54,079 nucleotides of DNA from the IMG/VR virus record IMGVR_UViG_3300048999_000082, positions 1-54,079 of that record. One strand, written 5' to 3'. The translations under genes and the position numbers were made by a program. Source of the stretch: a virus. Its lineage: Duplodnaviria > Caudoviricetes. A model generated the notes under the pieces. The model was not told the DNA's origin. It searched no databases and worked only from the letters and a program-made list of their open reading frames with translations. This document shows, one piece after another, positions 27,341 through 35,950 of the stretch (its first letter is position 1; every line of letters begins with the position of its first letter).

Positions 27341-27355
27341 AAGGTGTATGTCCGA

Positions 27356-27703
27356 TTACGGTAGGTACGAGGTAACAACGTCGATGTCCATGATCAATTC
27401 GTCCCGGTCATCATCGGTGGCGCCATCCAGGAACATCCGGCCGCACCGTACGTACATGGCCGCATCCAATTTGGCAACCGCCAATTTGTACCCGGTCGCG
27501 ATGCCGTCCGCAATGTCGGTGGCCAACCCACCGGGGGTGACGGTACGCGGCAGGAACCGGGCCACGTGATGGGCGTACGCGAGGATGGCCATTACGTACG
27601 GGTGGTCATCACAGGTCAACGTGTCGTTACGGTCGGGGTCCGATGCCATGCGGGAGGCGTTGGCCGTGATGATGTCCGATGCGGTGTTTCCAGTGTGGGT
27701 CAT
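27356..27703 (-). CDS. hypothetical protein, probably leaderless
   Basis: TAGGAT-TAACCC-ATG. Confidence 0.7.
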   Translation of the reverse strand: MTHTGNTASDIITANASRMASDPDRNDTLTCDDHPYVMAILAYAHHVARFLPRTVTPGGLATDIADGIATGYKLAVAKLDAAMYVRCGRMFLDGATDDDRDELIMDIDVVTSYLP

Positions 27704-27757
27704 GGGTTAATCCTACCCTCGATTGGACGGTTTTTCGAGGTTTTGGACCTCAACCTT

Positions 27758-27964
27758 TCAGACAATTTTGATGATGTACCGTCGCGGACGTTCCCAATCT
27801 GAAGCCACCAACTCACCCGTCATGACCAACCGGTCCAACCGGGCCTGTATGGCCTGACGTGTCACCACACCATGTAGGTGTCGGGTGACCATCTCGGCCG
27901 TAGCAGGTTCGAAACGACGAACGGCGGCTATCAATTGATCATCCGATACCACCTGTTCGCTCAT
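27758..27964 (-). CDS. small winged-helix protein
   Basis: PATAEMVTRHL..VTRQAIQARLDRLV..GEL; GGAGG RBS. Confidence 0.65.
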   Translation of the reverse strand: MSEQVVSDDQLIAAVRRFEPATAEMVTRHLHGVVTRQAIQARLDRLVMTGELVASDWERPRRYIIKIV

Positions 27965-28446
27965 ACCGCAACCTCCCGGTTGTACGCACCTCGACCAGGG
28001 CGCGCATCGTTGCGCCAATCATCCACCCCGTCAACCTGGGAAACGTGGCGTCCACGTTCCCGCAACCGTGCCTCCAACCGTGCCACGCGCTCCGCAGCGG
28101 CCTGTCGTAACGTTGGGGTCATCGGGGGAACGACGACCGGCCCCAACCCGGCAGCGGCGCGCTGTGCGTCTTCCTCGGCCCATACATCGGCATCAATTTC
28201 CGCCCGGGTACGCGGTGTGGCATCGACCGTCTTCACGGATGTTTTTCCCGATGGTTTAATCGACACCTTTTTTCCATCGATCCACGCGGTGAACAGTTTT
28301 TTGACGGTCGGGATATCCGATGGCTGAAAATCGTACCGGCCGCCCGATCCGACATTGCGATATGACGGGTCCGCCCGCAGGAAACGGCGAAGGGTTTTCG
28401 CGTCGGTTCCAATTTCCCGAGCCACGTCCGATGAGGTCATGGTCAT
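27961..28446 (-). CDS. HTH DNA-binding protein
   Basis: MTSSDVAREIGTDAKTLRRFLR...VGSGGRYDF. Confidence 0.75.
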   Translation of the reverse strand: MTMTSSDVAREIGTDAKTLRRFLRADPSYRNVGSGGRYDFQPSDIPTVKKLFTAWIDGKKVSIKPSGKTSVKTVDATPRTRAEIDADVWAEEDAQRAAAGLGPVVVPPMTPTLRQAAAERVARLEARLRERGRHVSQVDGVDDWRNDARPGRGAYNREVAV

Positions 28447-28714
28447 CACACACCCGCCGTTTCCGGACGGTGGCGGCCGACATACGCAACGGGGCGGTTT
28501 TCGTTGGGCCACACCCAACGGGAGATGCGGGTCCAATTTCGGGTGATCATGTTTTGGTGCCTTTCGGGGTGCGTGCGTTGACGGGGCATCACCCGACCCG
28601 TACGCCCATTAGCAGCACGGGCCGGATGATTCCTGATCACGGCAAGTAATACGCGAGAACGGCGGCAACGGTGAGCCAGCCAATGACCCACACCAATACG
28701 CGAAGCATGGCGGG

Positions 28715-29008
28715 TCAGTCGTTGTAAAAGTCGTATGCGCGAACGTCTTCGGTGACGTATTCCGGGTAGTCCGGCATGCAGGTGTAATGCATGTGGACGA
28801 TGTCCAGCGCGTTGTTCCAGCCCCATTTATCGACGATCACGCCGATAGCCCGAAGGTACGGGAGGGTGTGGCGGTCCGCCTCCGTGGAATCACGCAACAC
28901 GCACAATGCGTGGCGGGGGAGGCCGGAACCATCGGCCGCGAATACCGGGACCTGATTGTCCGGGATAACGTGCGAACATGATGGGCAGATAACGATAGTG
29001 TACGTCAT
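28715..29008 (-). CDS. zinc-finger hypothetical protein
   Basis: CPSC...HALC; GGAG RBS. Confidence 0.65.
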   Translation of the reverse strand: MTYTIVICPSCSHVIPDNQVPVFAADGSGLPRHALCVLRDSTEADRHTLPYLRAIGVIVDKWGWNNALDIVHMHYTCMPDYPEYVTEDVRAYDFYND

Positions 29009-29046
29009 GATCATCTCCGTGGGTGCGGGATGGCGCGGATCACAAA

Positions 29047-29104
29047 ACCCTAACATACCCTTAATGGGTTGGTCAACCCCCAAACGTAATCCGGGGGTTG
29101 ACCA
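29047..29104 (-). promoter_or_regulatory. promoter TTGACC-18-TAGGGT overlapped by a 12-bp inverted repeat
   Basis: TGGTCAACCCCC-11 nt-GGGGGTTGACCA at 29070-29104. Confidence 0.55.
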
Positions 29105-29115
29105 CGGCAAACGTA

Positions 29116-29448
29116 TTACCAACCGTGAGATTCATGCATTTTGCCAGAACACACCGGTCCGATGCCGTTGCGGATCGAATCGGGGTCGGTCAACGTCCGG
29201 CCGCACACACCGCAAGCGCCAAGTTGTTTTCCATACATGACAGATGCGGTTTTCGGGTCAACGGCGATAGCCCGCAACACGTCGAACCGGTCAGCCGAAT
29301 AAATCCGGATCAAATCATCCCCGGCCTGGCGCCGGACAAACGTACGACCCGCGTATGTGCCTTCGGTTGGACGGTCCACCTTGTAAAAATTCCATGTGCC
29401 GTCCGTCGAAATAGCATATCGGCCAGCCGGCACGTCCGGTGTGGTCAT
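29116..29448 (-). CDS. DUF6011 zinc-finger protein, 3' half of a frameshifted gene
   Basis: VPAGRYA...CGVCGRTLTDPDSIRNGIGPVC. Confidence 0.8.
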   Translation of the reverse strand: MTTPDVPAGRYAISTDGTWNFYKVDRPTEGTYAGRTFVRRQAGDDLIRIYSADRFDVLRAIAVDPKTASVMYGKQLGACGVCGRTLTDPDSIRNGIGPVCSGKMHESHGW

Positions 29449-29494
29449 GGCACGGACAGCAATCGTATCCGCGACGTGTGACGTGTGGGTGGGT

Positions 29495-29974
29495 TCAACA
29501 GTCGGTGCCTGGTTGTATCCGGTGGCGTCCCCGGTGTGCCTTCAACCGGTCAATGGCGTCCGATGCCGCCGCACGGGTCAACGAACGACCGATGAACCAC
29601 GGCAACGCCACGCCGCGCACGTCCGCCGGAACCTGATCAAGCAACCGGATGATGTACGCGCGTTGTTTGTCGGTCATCATGCCGTCCGCAGGCGGACCGG
29701 ACACCGGGCGCGATGACAGGGCGGTTTCGACCACGGTCCGTACGGCGGGGCCGCCGTGGTCCGGGCACACCGGGGCGTTGGTCACCGGGTGGAAACCGGT
29801 GGCCCCGGCACCACACCATTGGTCGGTTGGCCATGACCCGGTCACGTGGAAGCATTTGACCGGCACGTTTGCCGCCGGACGGTGCAGATTACGGCCGTGT
29901 TGTTCGAGAACAGCCGGGTTGTCGAGGGGCCGGTTTCCGTGTGATCCGGCGATCTGTGCGACGCGTGGATTCAT
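29495..29974 (-). CDS. 5' half of a DUF6011-type gene
   Basis: MTDKQRAYI..LL...LTRAAASDAIDRLK; GAAGGAG RBS. Confidence 0.7.
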   Translation of the reverse strand: MNPRVAQIAGSHGNRPLDNPAVLEQHGRNLHRPAANVPVKCFHVTGSWPTDQWCGAGATGFHPVTNAPVCPDHGGPAVRTVVETALSSRPVSGPPADGMMTDKQRAYIIRLLDQVPADVRGVALPWFIGRSLTRAAASDAIDRLKAHRGRHRIQPGTDC

Positions 29975-30022
29975 GATCCACTCCTTCGGGTGCGGGGCGG
30001 GTGCGGGCGGAACAACACCAAC

Positions 30023-30361
30023 CTAACCTTGGGCGTCCATCGTGTCAACAGGTATAACGGTCGGACTTTCCCCGACCCATCGGCCGTACACCTTCGCCTG
30101 GGGCACGGGTCGTGTGATATCCAGGTCCCCCGCCGGACGCCACACCCGTGAGGTGAATTCGTACGGGTGTTGATCGTCGTACGGATGACCGTTGTATCTC
30201 TTACGCAACCGCAGTACGACCTGACGGGCCGCTTTGGGGTTGGCATGGATTGACAATTCAGCCCATACACCGGGCTGCATTTTTAGTTTCAAGATGTCAT
30301 CGTGTCGGTGTGGGTTTGAGGTTTTGTGCGATCGTCCATTCGGCAAATCAACCCAGTTCAT
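30023..30361 (-). CDS. hypothetical protein
   Basis: W.DLP...LK.QPG.WA...YEF.SR...VYGRWVG; GGAG RBS. Confidence 0.7.
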   Translation of the reverse strand: MNWVDLPNGRSHKTSNPHRHDDILKLKMQPGVWAELSIHANPKAARQVVLRLRKRYNGHPYDDQHPYEFTSRVWRPAGDLDITRPVPQAKVYGRWVGESPTVIPVDTMDAQG

Positions 30362-30400
30362 TCAAACTCCGTTCGTCACCCCGCATATTAACGGACACGG

Positions 30401-30430
30401 AAAAGGCGCCCGGTACGTACACCAGGCGCC
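30401..30430 (-). terminator. intrinsic terminator
   Basis: Minus strand GGCGCCTGGT-GTACGT-ACCGGGCGCC-TTTT. Confidence 0.65.
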
Positions 30431-30448
30431 ATCCGTTTTTGTGTGTTG

Positions 30449-31147
30449 TTACGCGGTGGTCTTGCGTGGCCGACCACGGCGAGTCGGAGTTGCGGCGGCC
30501 TTGGCCGGTGCCGCCTTCTTGGCCGGGGCACGCTTGACCGGTGTGGCGGCTTTCGCGGGGGCCGGCTTGGCGACCGGTGCGGCCTTTTCCTTCGGAGCGG
30601 GGGCGGCCTTGGCCGCACGAATCACCTTTTTGACCATCGGATCATTCTCGCCCTTGAACGAATACCGACCCGAACCCTGACCAACCGAACGGCCGTACAA
30701 ACCGTCACGGGACATCTTCCGCAGCACGCCACGAATTCCTGACGGAGTGAAGTCCGTGCCGATGGCCTCATTGACCACATCGGCCAGCCACGCCGAACCG
30801 AACTCGATGGACGACTCACGTGGAGCGGCTGGCTTTTTCGCCGCAGCCGGTGCGGCCTTTTTCGCGGCGCCAGCCGGGCGACCCCGCTTTTTCGGTGCGG
30901 GGGCAACCTCTTCCTCGTCGTCCTCAACAACCGGTGCGACGGCCTTACGCGGACGGCCCCGACGCTTCACGGGCGCCGGATCGGGCTCCGGCTCTTCCTC
31001 GTCCAATTCGTCGTCAACCTCGTCAACGAGTTCGTCGTCATCGTCGGTGTCCTCGACGAGTTCGTCATCATCGAGTTCGAGATCGTCAACGTCCGAGAAA
31101 ACGTCCTCCTCGACCGGGGCCGGCTTGGTTGCGGTGCGACGGGGCAT
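30449..31147 (-). CDS. HMGA/histone-like protein: acidic tract, three AT-hook-type motifs, HTH core, PAKKA repeats
   Basis: KRRGRPRK, KKRGRPAG, RRGRPRK; D/E-rich N-terminus. Confidence 0.8.
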   Translation of the reverse strand: MPRRTATKPAPVEEDVFSDVDDLELDDDELVEDTDDDDELVDEVDDELDEEEPEPDPAPVKRRGRPRKAVAPVVEDDEEEVAPAPKKRGRPAGAAKKAAPAAAKKPAAPRESSIEFGSAWLADVVNEAIGTDFTPSGIRGVLRKMSRDGLYGRSVGQGSGRYSFKGENDPMVKKVIRAAKAAPAPKEKAAPVAKPAPAKAATPVKRAPAKKAAPAKAAATPTRRGRPRKTTA

Positions 31148-31209
31148 GGTAAATCCTTCCAACGGGGTGGATGTTGTGTCCCGGAATCTGTTCCAGGTTG
31201 ATGCAACGG

Positions 31210-31238
31210 ACTTTATCGACGGGCTGGGCTGGCGTCAA
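31210..31238 (-). promoter_or_regulatory. SigA promoter for the AT-hook gene
   Basis: TTGACG-17 nt-TAAAGT. Confidence 0.75.
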
Positions 31239-31258
31239 ACGGCGTAGGGTCCAGCCCC

Positions 31259-31837
31259 ATGATCACGTATCTGCCGTACCCGGATTACGTCATGTCCGCC
31301 CGCGCACTCGGTCCGGTGGCGCTCGAACAATCGCTCGATGACGCCATCACCATCCTCAACGTGTTGACCACACCTGCCATGGCCAACACGCCGCAATCCA
31401 ACAACCCAGCCGTACGCATGTGGACGGGGTACGTGCCGGCATTGGCCGCGTACGCAAACACCATGGCCCGTGCCATGCCCGTAAAAATGCGTCAGCCCAA
31501 CGCAGAGGCGTTTATCGGGTCCCGATGGTCCGATGACCCCGAAACATGGGTTGCGTTGATCTCCGAACGGCTGACGGCCGAAACGTTGCCGTGGTGGTTC
31601 GGTTGGCCGGACCTTCACCAGTCGCACCGTGCGATGTTGCTCCGTGAATCTCCGCTGCATTACCGTCAGGTGTTCCCATCGCTTTTTGAATCGTCGGTAG
31701 CGAATGCGGGACCGGACCTGTGGCCACACCAACTGATGGGTCAATACCGAACACACGAAACTGGCCGACATGGTGTGTGGTCTGAATGGATGTTCACCGA
31801 TTATCGGGTAGACAAGGAGATGACGTGCCGTACGTAG
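31259..31837 (+). CDS. MSMEG_6728-like / pyrimidine-dimer glycosylase family protein, degenerate
   Basis: MITYLPYPDY..SARAL, NPAVRMWTGY..AL..Y, LPWWFG..LHQSHR.MLLR..P.HY. Confidence 0.8.
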   Translation: MITYLPYPDYVMSARALGPVALEQSLDDAITILNVLTTPAMANTPQSNNPAVRMWTGYVPALAAYANTMARAMPVKMRQPNAEAFIGSRWSDDPETWVALISERLTAETLPWWFGWPDLHQSHRAMLLRESPLHYRQVFPSLFESSVANAGPDLWPHQLMGQYRTHETGRHGVWSEWMFTDYRVDKEMTCRT

Positions 31838-32145
31838 TCGTGGTGTACGTGACCACCACCGCACAGGTCCAACAATTGGCCAACAGATATATCGGGGATC
31901 AAGACGCCGGCCGTACCGTCGGGATTTATCAGGTTCCGCCAAAAGGTGAACATTGCAGGTGCATCCGCAACTCAAAATCCGGATGGACCCGCAGCGCAAC
32001 CAAAGGTTACATGGTGTGCGCCGGATGCAACAAGCCAACCAGCATGCAACGGTCAGGTATAGGTGAAAGATTGTTTCACGCACTCGGCCGTAACCTTTTC
32101 AGACAAGCACCACGGTTGTTCAAGTCCGGGTACGCTGGAAACTAA
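31825..32145 (+). CDS. zinc-binding hypothetical protein
   Basis: AAGGAG RBS with GTG start; CRC...CAGC. Confidence 0.65.
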   Translation: MPYVVVVYVTTTAQVQQLANRYIGDQDAGRTVGIYQVPPKGEHCRCIRNSKSGWTRSATKGYMVCAGCNKPTSMQRSGIGERLFHALGRNLFRQAPRLFKSGYAGN

Positions 32146-32193
32146 AAAAGACCCCCGTCGAGCGTGGCATTGAAACCACACCCGACGGGGGTC
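32145..32193 (-). terminator. long terminator ending the late operon
   Basis: Minus strand GACCCCCGTCGGGTGTGGT-TTCAAT-GCCACGCTCGACGGGGGTC-TTTTT. Confidence 0.8.
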
Positions 32194-32203
32194 ATCGTTC
32201 GTT

Positions 32204-32360
32204 TTGGTACCAACCGGGGTTGGGATCGCTTTTACCTTCGCGCAACCGAATGGTGGTACTTGGTCCCACCCCCCCATAGGGGGATGGTACCAGTGGTACC
32301 ACACCGATTCGGGGTGATACCAAATTGCTTTGGTACTGACTTGGTATCGCTTGGTACTAC
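32204..32360. repeat. iteron cluster 2 (TTGGTAC-type), same motif as cluster 1
   Basis: Copies near 32204, 32253, 32260, 32284, 32293, 32314, 32330, 32341 and 32351; central C-run/ATA/G-run hairpin. Confidence 0.75.
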
Positions 32361-32716
32361 AGGCCCGGTGGGGCCGCTGTAACTGCCTTCGGAACGTACC
32401 CCACATTGGGCACCACCACCACGCCACCTGCGGCCAAAACAGCGATGATAAACTGTACCGTTTCGGGTCCGGTCCACATGCCGTCAGACAAAATCACACC
32501 AAGTACGGGGAGCGACCCGGCCGCGACCATCGCGATAAATTTGGCTACGTCGGTGGCCGTGGTATTCGGGAACCTCCACACCGCGACGGTGCCAACCAAA
32601 ATCATGCCGGTAGAGATCCAGTCAGCCACCGACATGTTGCCGTCCGCGACGAACGACCCAACACCCATGAGCACGGTCATGACGACACCGAGCCATGTTT
32701 TGAGATAAGCCGCCAT
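32357..32716 (-). CDS. holin-like membrane protein (about 4 TM, internal duplication)
   Basis: Hydrophobic; repeated DG..S/T..W/T...PN units; follows the endolysin. Confidence 0.75.
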   Translation of the reverse strand: MAAYLKTWLGVVMTVLMGVGSFVADGNMSVADWISTGMILVGTVAVWRFPNTTATDVAKFIAMVAAGSLPVLGVILSDGMWTGPETVQFIIAVLAAGGVVVVPNVGYVPKAVTAAPPGL

Positions 32717-32739
32717 GATGACGACCCCTTTCTGGGTTG

Positions 32740-33711
32740 TTAAGCCACCAATCCCTGTTTGACTGGCGCCCAATCTTTCACGCGCCCATCTTTCATGACG
32801 TATTTACGCCACGGCCGACCGGCAGGAATAACCTTTCCATCCGCGCCTTTTACGTCACGGTTCCCGCGCGTCATCAACATGATGGTGCGATCAGGCTTTA
32901 CCGTGATGCACGGGGTATCTCCCGCCTGTCCACCCATCGGCTGTGCGCGGTAGCCGGCGGACGGGGTTTTTGGTGTGGGGATGTGCAGCATGTAAATCTC
33001 GCGGGTAGACGCGAGTGCACATGACGCCACGAGGTAATCCCCGTCAAACGAGTCCACGGAAATTCCCCCCGCGAACTTGACGGCTGTGTTAATGACCGTC
33101 CAATCGTCGCCATCGTTGTACGAGATCACGGGGTGGCCCAACACGTCGATAGCAAACGTCACCGTGGTTTTGTCATCCGCGAGAGTCAATGTGTTCATGT
33201 GAGATTCAACCTCCACTGCCGCTTGGCCTTTGTTACGGAACCATGCGACAACCGGCGGCCGGCCGGCTTTCTTCCACGCCTGGTAATCCTGAATGAACGT
33301 GCACCGCAGTCCCATGGAGTTCGTGCACGAGATGTGTAGATGTCCCGCATCATCTCCGCCGTCCTGCATTTGCAGATTGTGTGGGGCGCGACGGTCCCAC
33401 AGATGCATGTCCGTGAGCATGTATTTGAACCACGGGTAAAATGACGCGTCGGCCTTGAGGATAGGCAACAAGAATTTCGTCGCACAGTCCACCGGATCAA
33501 ACACACCAGTTTTAGCCATCACATCAAATGCGGTTATCCACCCCGCGTGACCCGAGCATGGTTTAGAAATATGGTCACCACACCCCAACCAATGCGAATC
33601 ATCACCCAGGCCATACACGGTCAACCCGATATCGGCCCCCGCTGTCATTCCATCAATGACCGGCTGCGAATACTTCCATGCGTACCCATGGGAAAACCCA
33701 GAGGTAATCAC
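32740..33711 (-). CDS. probable endolysin (M15/LAS-type Zn peptidase plus C-terminal beta-repeat domain)
   Basis: LGDDSH...GDH...AFD...KYML...HLHIS; adjacent to the holin. Confidence 0.65.
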   Translation of the reverse strand: MITSGFSHGYAWKYSQPVIDGMTAGADIGLTVYGLGDDSHWLGCGDHISKPCSGHAGWITAFDVMAKTGVFDPVDCATKFLLPILKADASFYPWFKYMLTDMHLWDRRAPHNLQMQDGGDDAGHLHISCTNSMGLRCTFIQDYQAWKKAGRPPVVAWFRNKGQAAVEVESHMNTLTLADDKTTVTFAIDVLGHPVISYNDGDDWTVINTAVKFAGGISVDSFDGDYLVASCALASTREIYMLHIPTPKTPSAGYRAQPMGGQAGDTPCITVKPDRTIMLMTRGNRDVKGADGKVIPAGRPWRKYVMKDGRVKDWAPVKQGLVA

Positions 33712-33887
33712 GCGTCATCCTCGACGTGTTCCACGGGGGCCATCAACGGCCGTGCCGGCCATACGTCGGGCTCAATCACCGGGTCATCGTCATCAGCTTC
33801 ACGACGGGTACCGGCCGGCAATGCGGGACACGGGGCCACCGGTTCATCATCGGTGTGGTCATCCAGATGAATGTCTTCATCAGTCAT
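33708..33887 (-). CDS. small acidic protein
   Basis: Coupled on both sides. Confidence 0.55.
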   Translation of the reverse strand: MTDEDIHLDDHTDDEPVAPCPALPAGTRREADDDDPVIEPDVWPARPLMAPVEHVEDDA

Positions 33888-34891
33888 AGCGTGTTTCCAA
33901 TCCGATCGATAAGCGTAAACATGATCGCGTTTACAGCCCAACCCCCTGGGTCGGTGCTCGCGTCATTTGCCGCAATGGCTGCCGCCGCACGTCCGATCAA
34001 CTGATCCGCGAACGAATATTGACCGGTTGGTGTACCTGCTGGGGCGAATGCTTCCGGATGCTGGCTCATCAATGCCAACGCCCCAGCCATGTAATTGCTT
34101 TCCGACGTACCTGCTGTTGGCGCCGCATCACCCGGTGTGTATCCGGCTGTCATCTGCGTACGCAATGGCGCAGCACCACCGTCAAGCCACGGAGACATCG
34201 TGGCACACAACCAGTTATGAGAACCATCTTGACGAACGGTGCGGTTCACACCTTGATAACCCCAGCCGCCGAAATTCACGGCCTTGTTCATGGACCATTT
34301 GATGGAATCTTTCCAGTCCACGCCTTTGTTCAAACAATCCGTCTGCGCGGCTACCACGGAATGTTTGGTGCGGTTGTACAGCAAAAATGTAGCCATGGCC
34401 GCGACGATGTTCCACACCCGTTCTTTGGTGTGTTCAACCGTCGTGCCACCGGTCGCGGTTGCTGAATAATCCGGCAGTGCCCATGGCACACCGGAGTACG
34501 TAAACGTTGGCCAGTTCCGTACGCAATCTAATAGCGCATCAAAATCAGATTGCGCTACCAGCCCATGGTCATATGCTGCTGCGATGTGTGGCCCGACGAA
34601 ACATGACGTGGTGATTGCGTAGATCGCGTCAGCGGGGTTGCCGTTGTACGCCACACCAAGGCCGTACCCACCGAACGGTGATCGAACCGCGAACACCGGG
34701 GCCAGTAGTCCCGGAATTCGGGAATCCGTCCATCCGTAATATTCACCGATGGCACGAGACATCGCGGCGAATACCGGACCGTTTTTATTCAGCGTTGGGT
34801 CTGGATCGTTGATGTATAACTCCAACTTGGCTATACAATCATCGGCAAGTTTTCTCCACCAACCCTGTGCGATCGATGCTGGAATCGTCAT
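33884..34891 (-). CDS. hypothetical protein, possible alpha/alpha-toroid enzyme
   Basis: GGAGG RBS; GGYGL, VWN, GGWGY and QDGSHN loops between helices. Confidence 0.6.
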   Translation of the reverse strand: MTIPASIAQGWWRKLADDCIAKLELYINDPDPTLNKNGPVFAAMSRAIGEYYGWTDSRIPGLLAPVFAVRSPFGGYGLGVAYNGNPADAIYAITTSCFVGPHIAAAYDHGLVAQSDFDALLDCVRNWPTFTYSGVPWALPDYSATATGGTTVEHTKERVWNIVAAMATFLLYNRTKHSVVAAQTDCLNKGVDWKDSIKWSMNKAVNFGGWGYQGVNRTVRQDGSHNWLCATMSPWLDGGAAPLRTQMTAGYTPGDAAPTAGTSESNYMAGALALMSQHPEAFAPAGTPTGQYSFADQLIGRAAAAIAANDASTDPGGWAVNAIMFTLIDRIGNTL

Positions 34892-35661
34892 GTGTTTTCC
34901 CTCCGTCGTAATGCCCATGACCAAACGAATCCCCCGATGAGCATGACACATCCGCCCCCAGCCGTCCACAGCACGGACGGCGATACGTCGGGGGTCACCG
35001 ATGTGTACGACAACGGTTTGATGGCGGGAGACGGGCTCTCATCCACCGTCTTGACGCACACCAGCCACGTTTCCCCATTGGGTTGATCCCGTGGTTGCCG
35101 GGTATAACCGTCCGGACATGGTGGGCCGGGTGGACCCGTAGGTCCAGGTACCACGGAATCCGCACCGTCTTTCCCGTTTTGACCGTCAGCGCCGTTGTTG
35201 CCATTGGTGCCATTCACCCCCGGTGCGCCCGATGGACCAATCGGTCCCGATGGACCAGCCGAACCATTGAGTCCGTTAATCCCCGGTTGCCCGTTAATAC
35301 CGGGTTCACCAGTCGGTCCAGGAACTACAATGGGTGTGGGCAGGGTTTGCGGATTAACCGCGCATTCACGTCCCAACGTTTTTATCTGGTTGCACAATGT
35401 CTCGGCTGCAGATTTGTTGGTATTCGCAGCTCCCGCGTTTTGCGATGCCTGAACTTGTGCTTGAACTTTTTCTTGGCCATTTTTGTCTGCCGTGGCTGAT
35501 CGATTGAAAAATGAGATCAACACAAACGCCATCAACAGCCCAATTGCGAGTGCGCCCACACCGACAACAACCAGCCGCGTTTTATCTTTGCGTTGTTTTT
35601 CACGCACCAATTGATGGAGCGGGGTTGTGTCGTCGTCAGGGAGAATTCCCACCCGGCGCAC
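34888..35661 (-). CDS. membrane-anchored collagen-repeat protein
   Basis: N-terminal TM, Gly-X-Y run, CPDGY...C, second hydrophobic segment at the C-terminus. Confidence 0.85.
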   Translation of the reverse strand: MRRVGILPDDDTTPLHQLVREKQRKDKTRLVVVGVGALAIGLLMAFVLISFFNRSATADKNGQEKVQAQVQASQNAGAANTNKSAAETLCNQIKTLGRECAVNPQTLPTPIVVPGPTGEPGINGQPGINGLNGSAGPSGPIGPSGAPGVNGTNGNNGADGQNGKDGADSVVPGPTGPPGPPCPDGYTRQPRDQPNGETWLVCVKTVDESPSPAIKPLSYTSVTPDVSPSVLWTAGGGCVMLIGGFVWSWALRRRENT

Positions 35662-35950
35662 CTCCCCTCTGCAAATCGAAAATCAATCGATCTTTTTCGC
35701 GGATGGTTTGAAGATACGCATCTTCCTTTATCCGGAATTTATCTCGTAGATCGTCAATAACACTTTGGGCTTTACGGTATTCATCCATCGCGTTATTAAC
35801 CCGTTTTTCTGATGCCTCTTCTGCTGCACGGTAATCTTTACGGTCAACCCGGTTACCGTTAATCAGATAGATGATAACGAATCCGAGAATACCGAATACG
35901 CCGCTGCCCGCAAGAATGGTGGGAAGTTCACCCATGATCACCTCTGCCAC
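35636..35950 (-). CDS. TM plus coiled-coil protein (lysis cassette)
   Basis: N-terminal TM, charged coiled coil. Confidence 0.75.
   Translation of the reverse strand: MAEVIMGELPTILAGSGVFGILGFVIIYLINGNRVDRKDYRAAEEASEKRVNNAMDEYRKAQSVIDDLRDKFRIKEDAYLQTIREKDRLIFDLQRGGAPGGNSP

Noticed and set aside
28446-28708. Tiny ORFs 28637-28708 (23-aa hydrophobic peptide) and 28446-28550 (34 aa)
   Set aside because: Plausible but too short to support without expression data
26040-29980. Recurrent TGATCATG before start codons as an operator
   Set aside because: Mostly explained by stop-start coupling and RBS spacing
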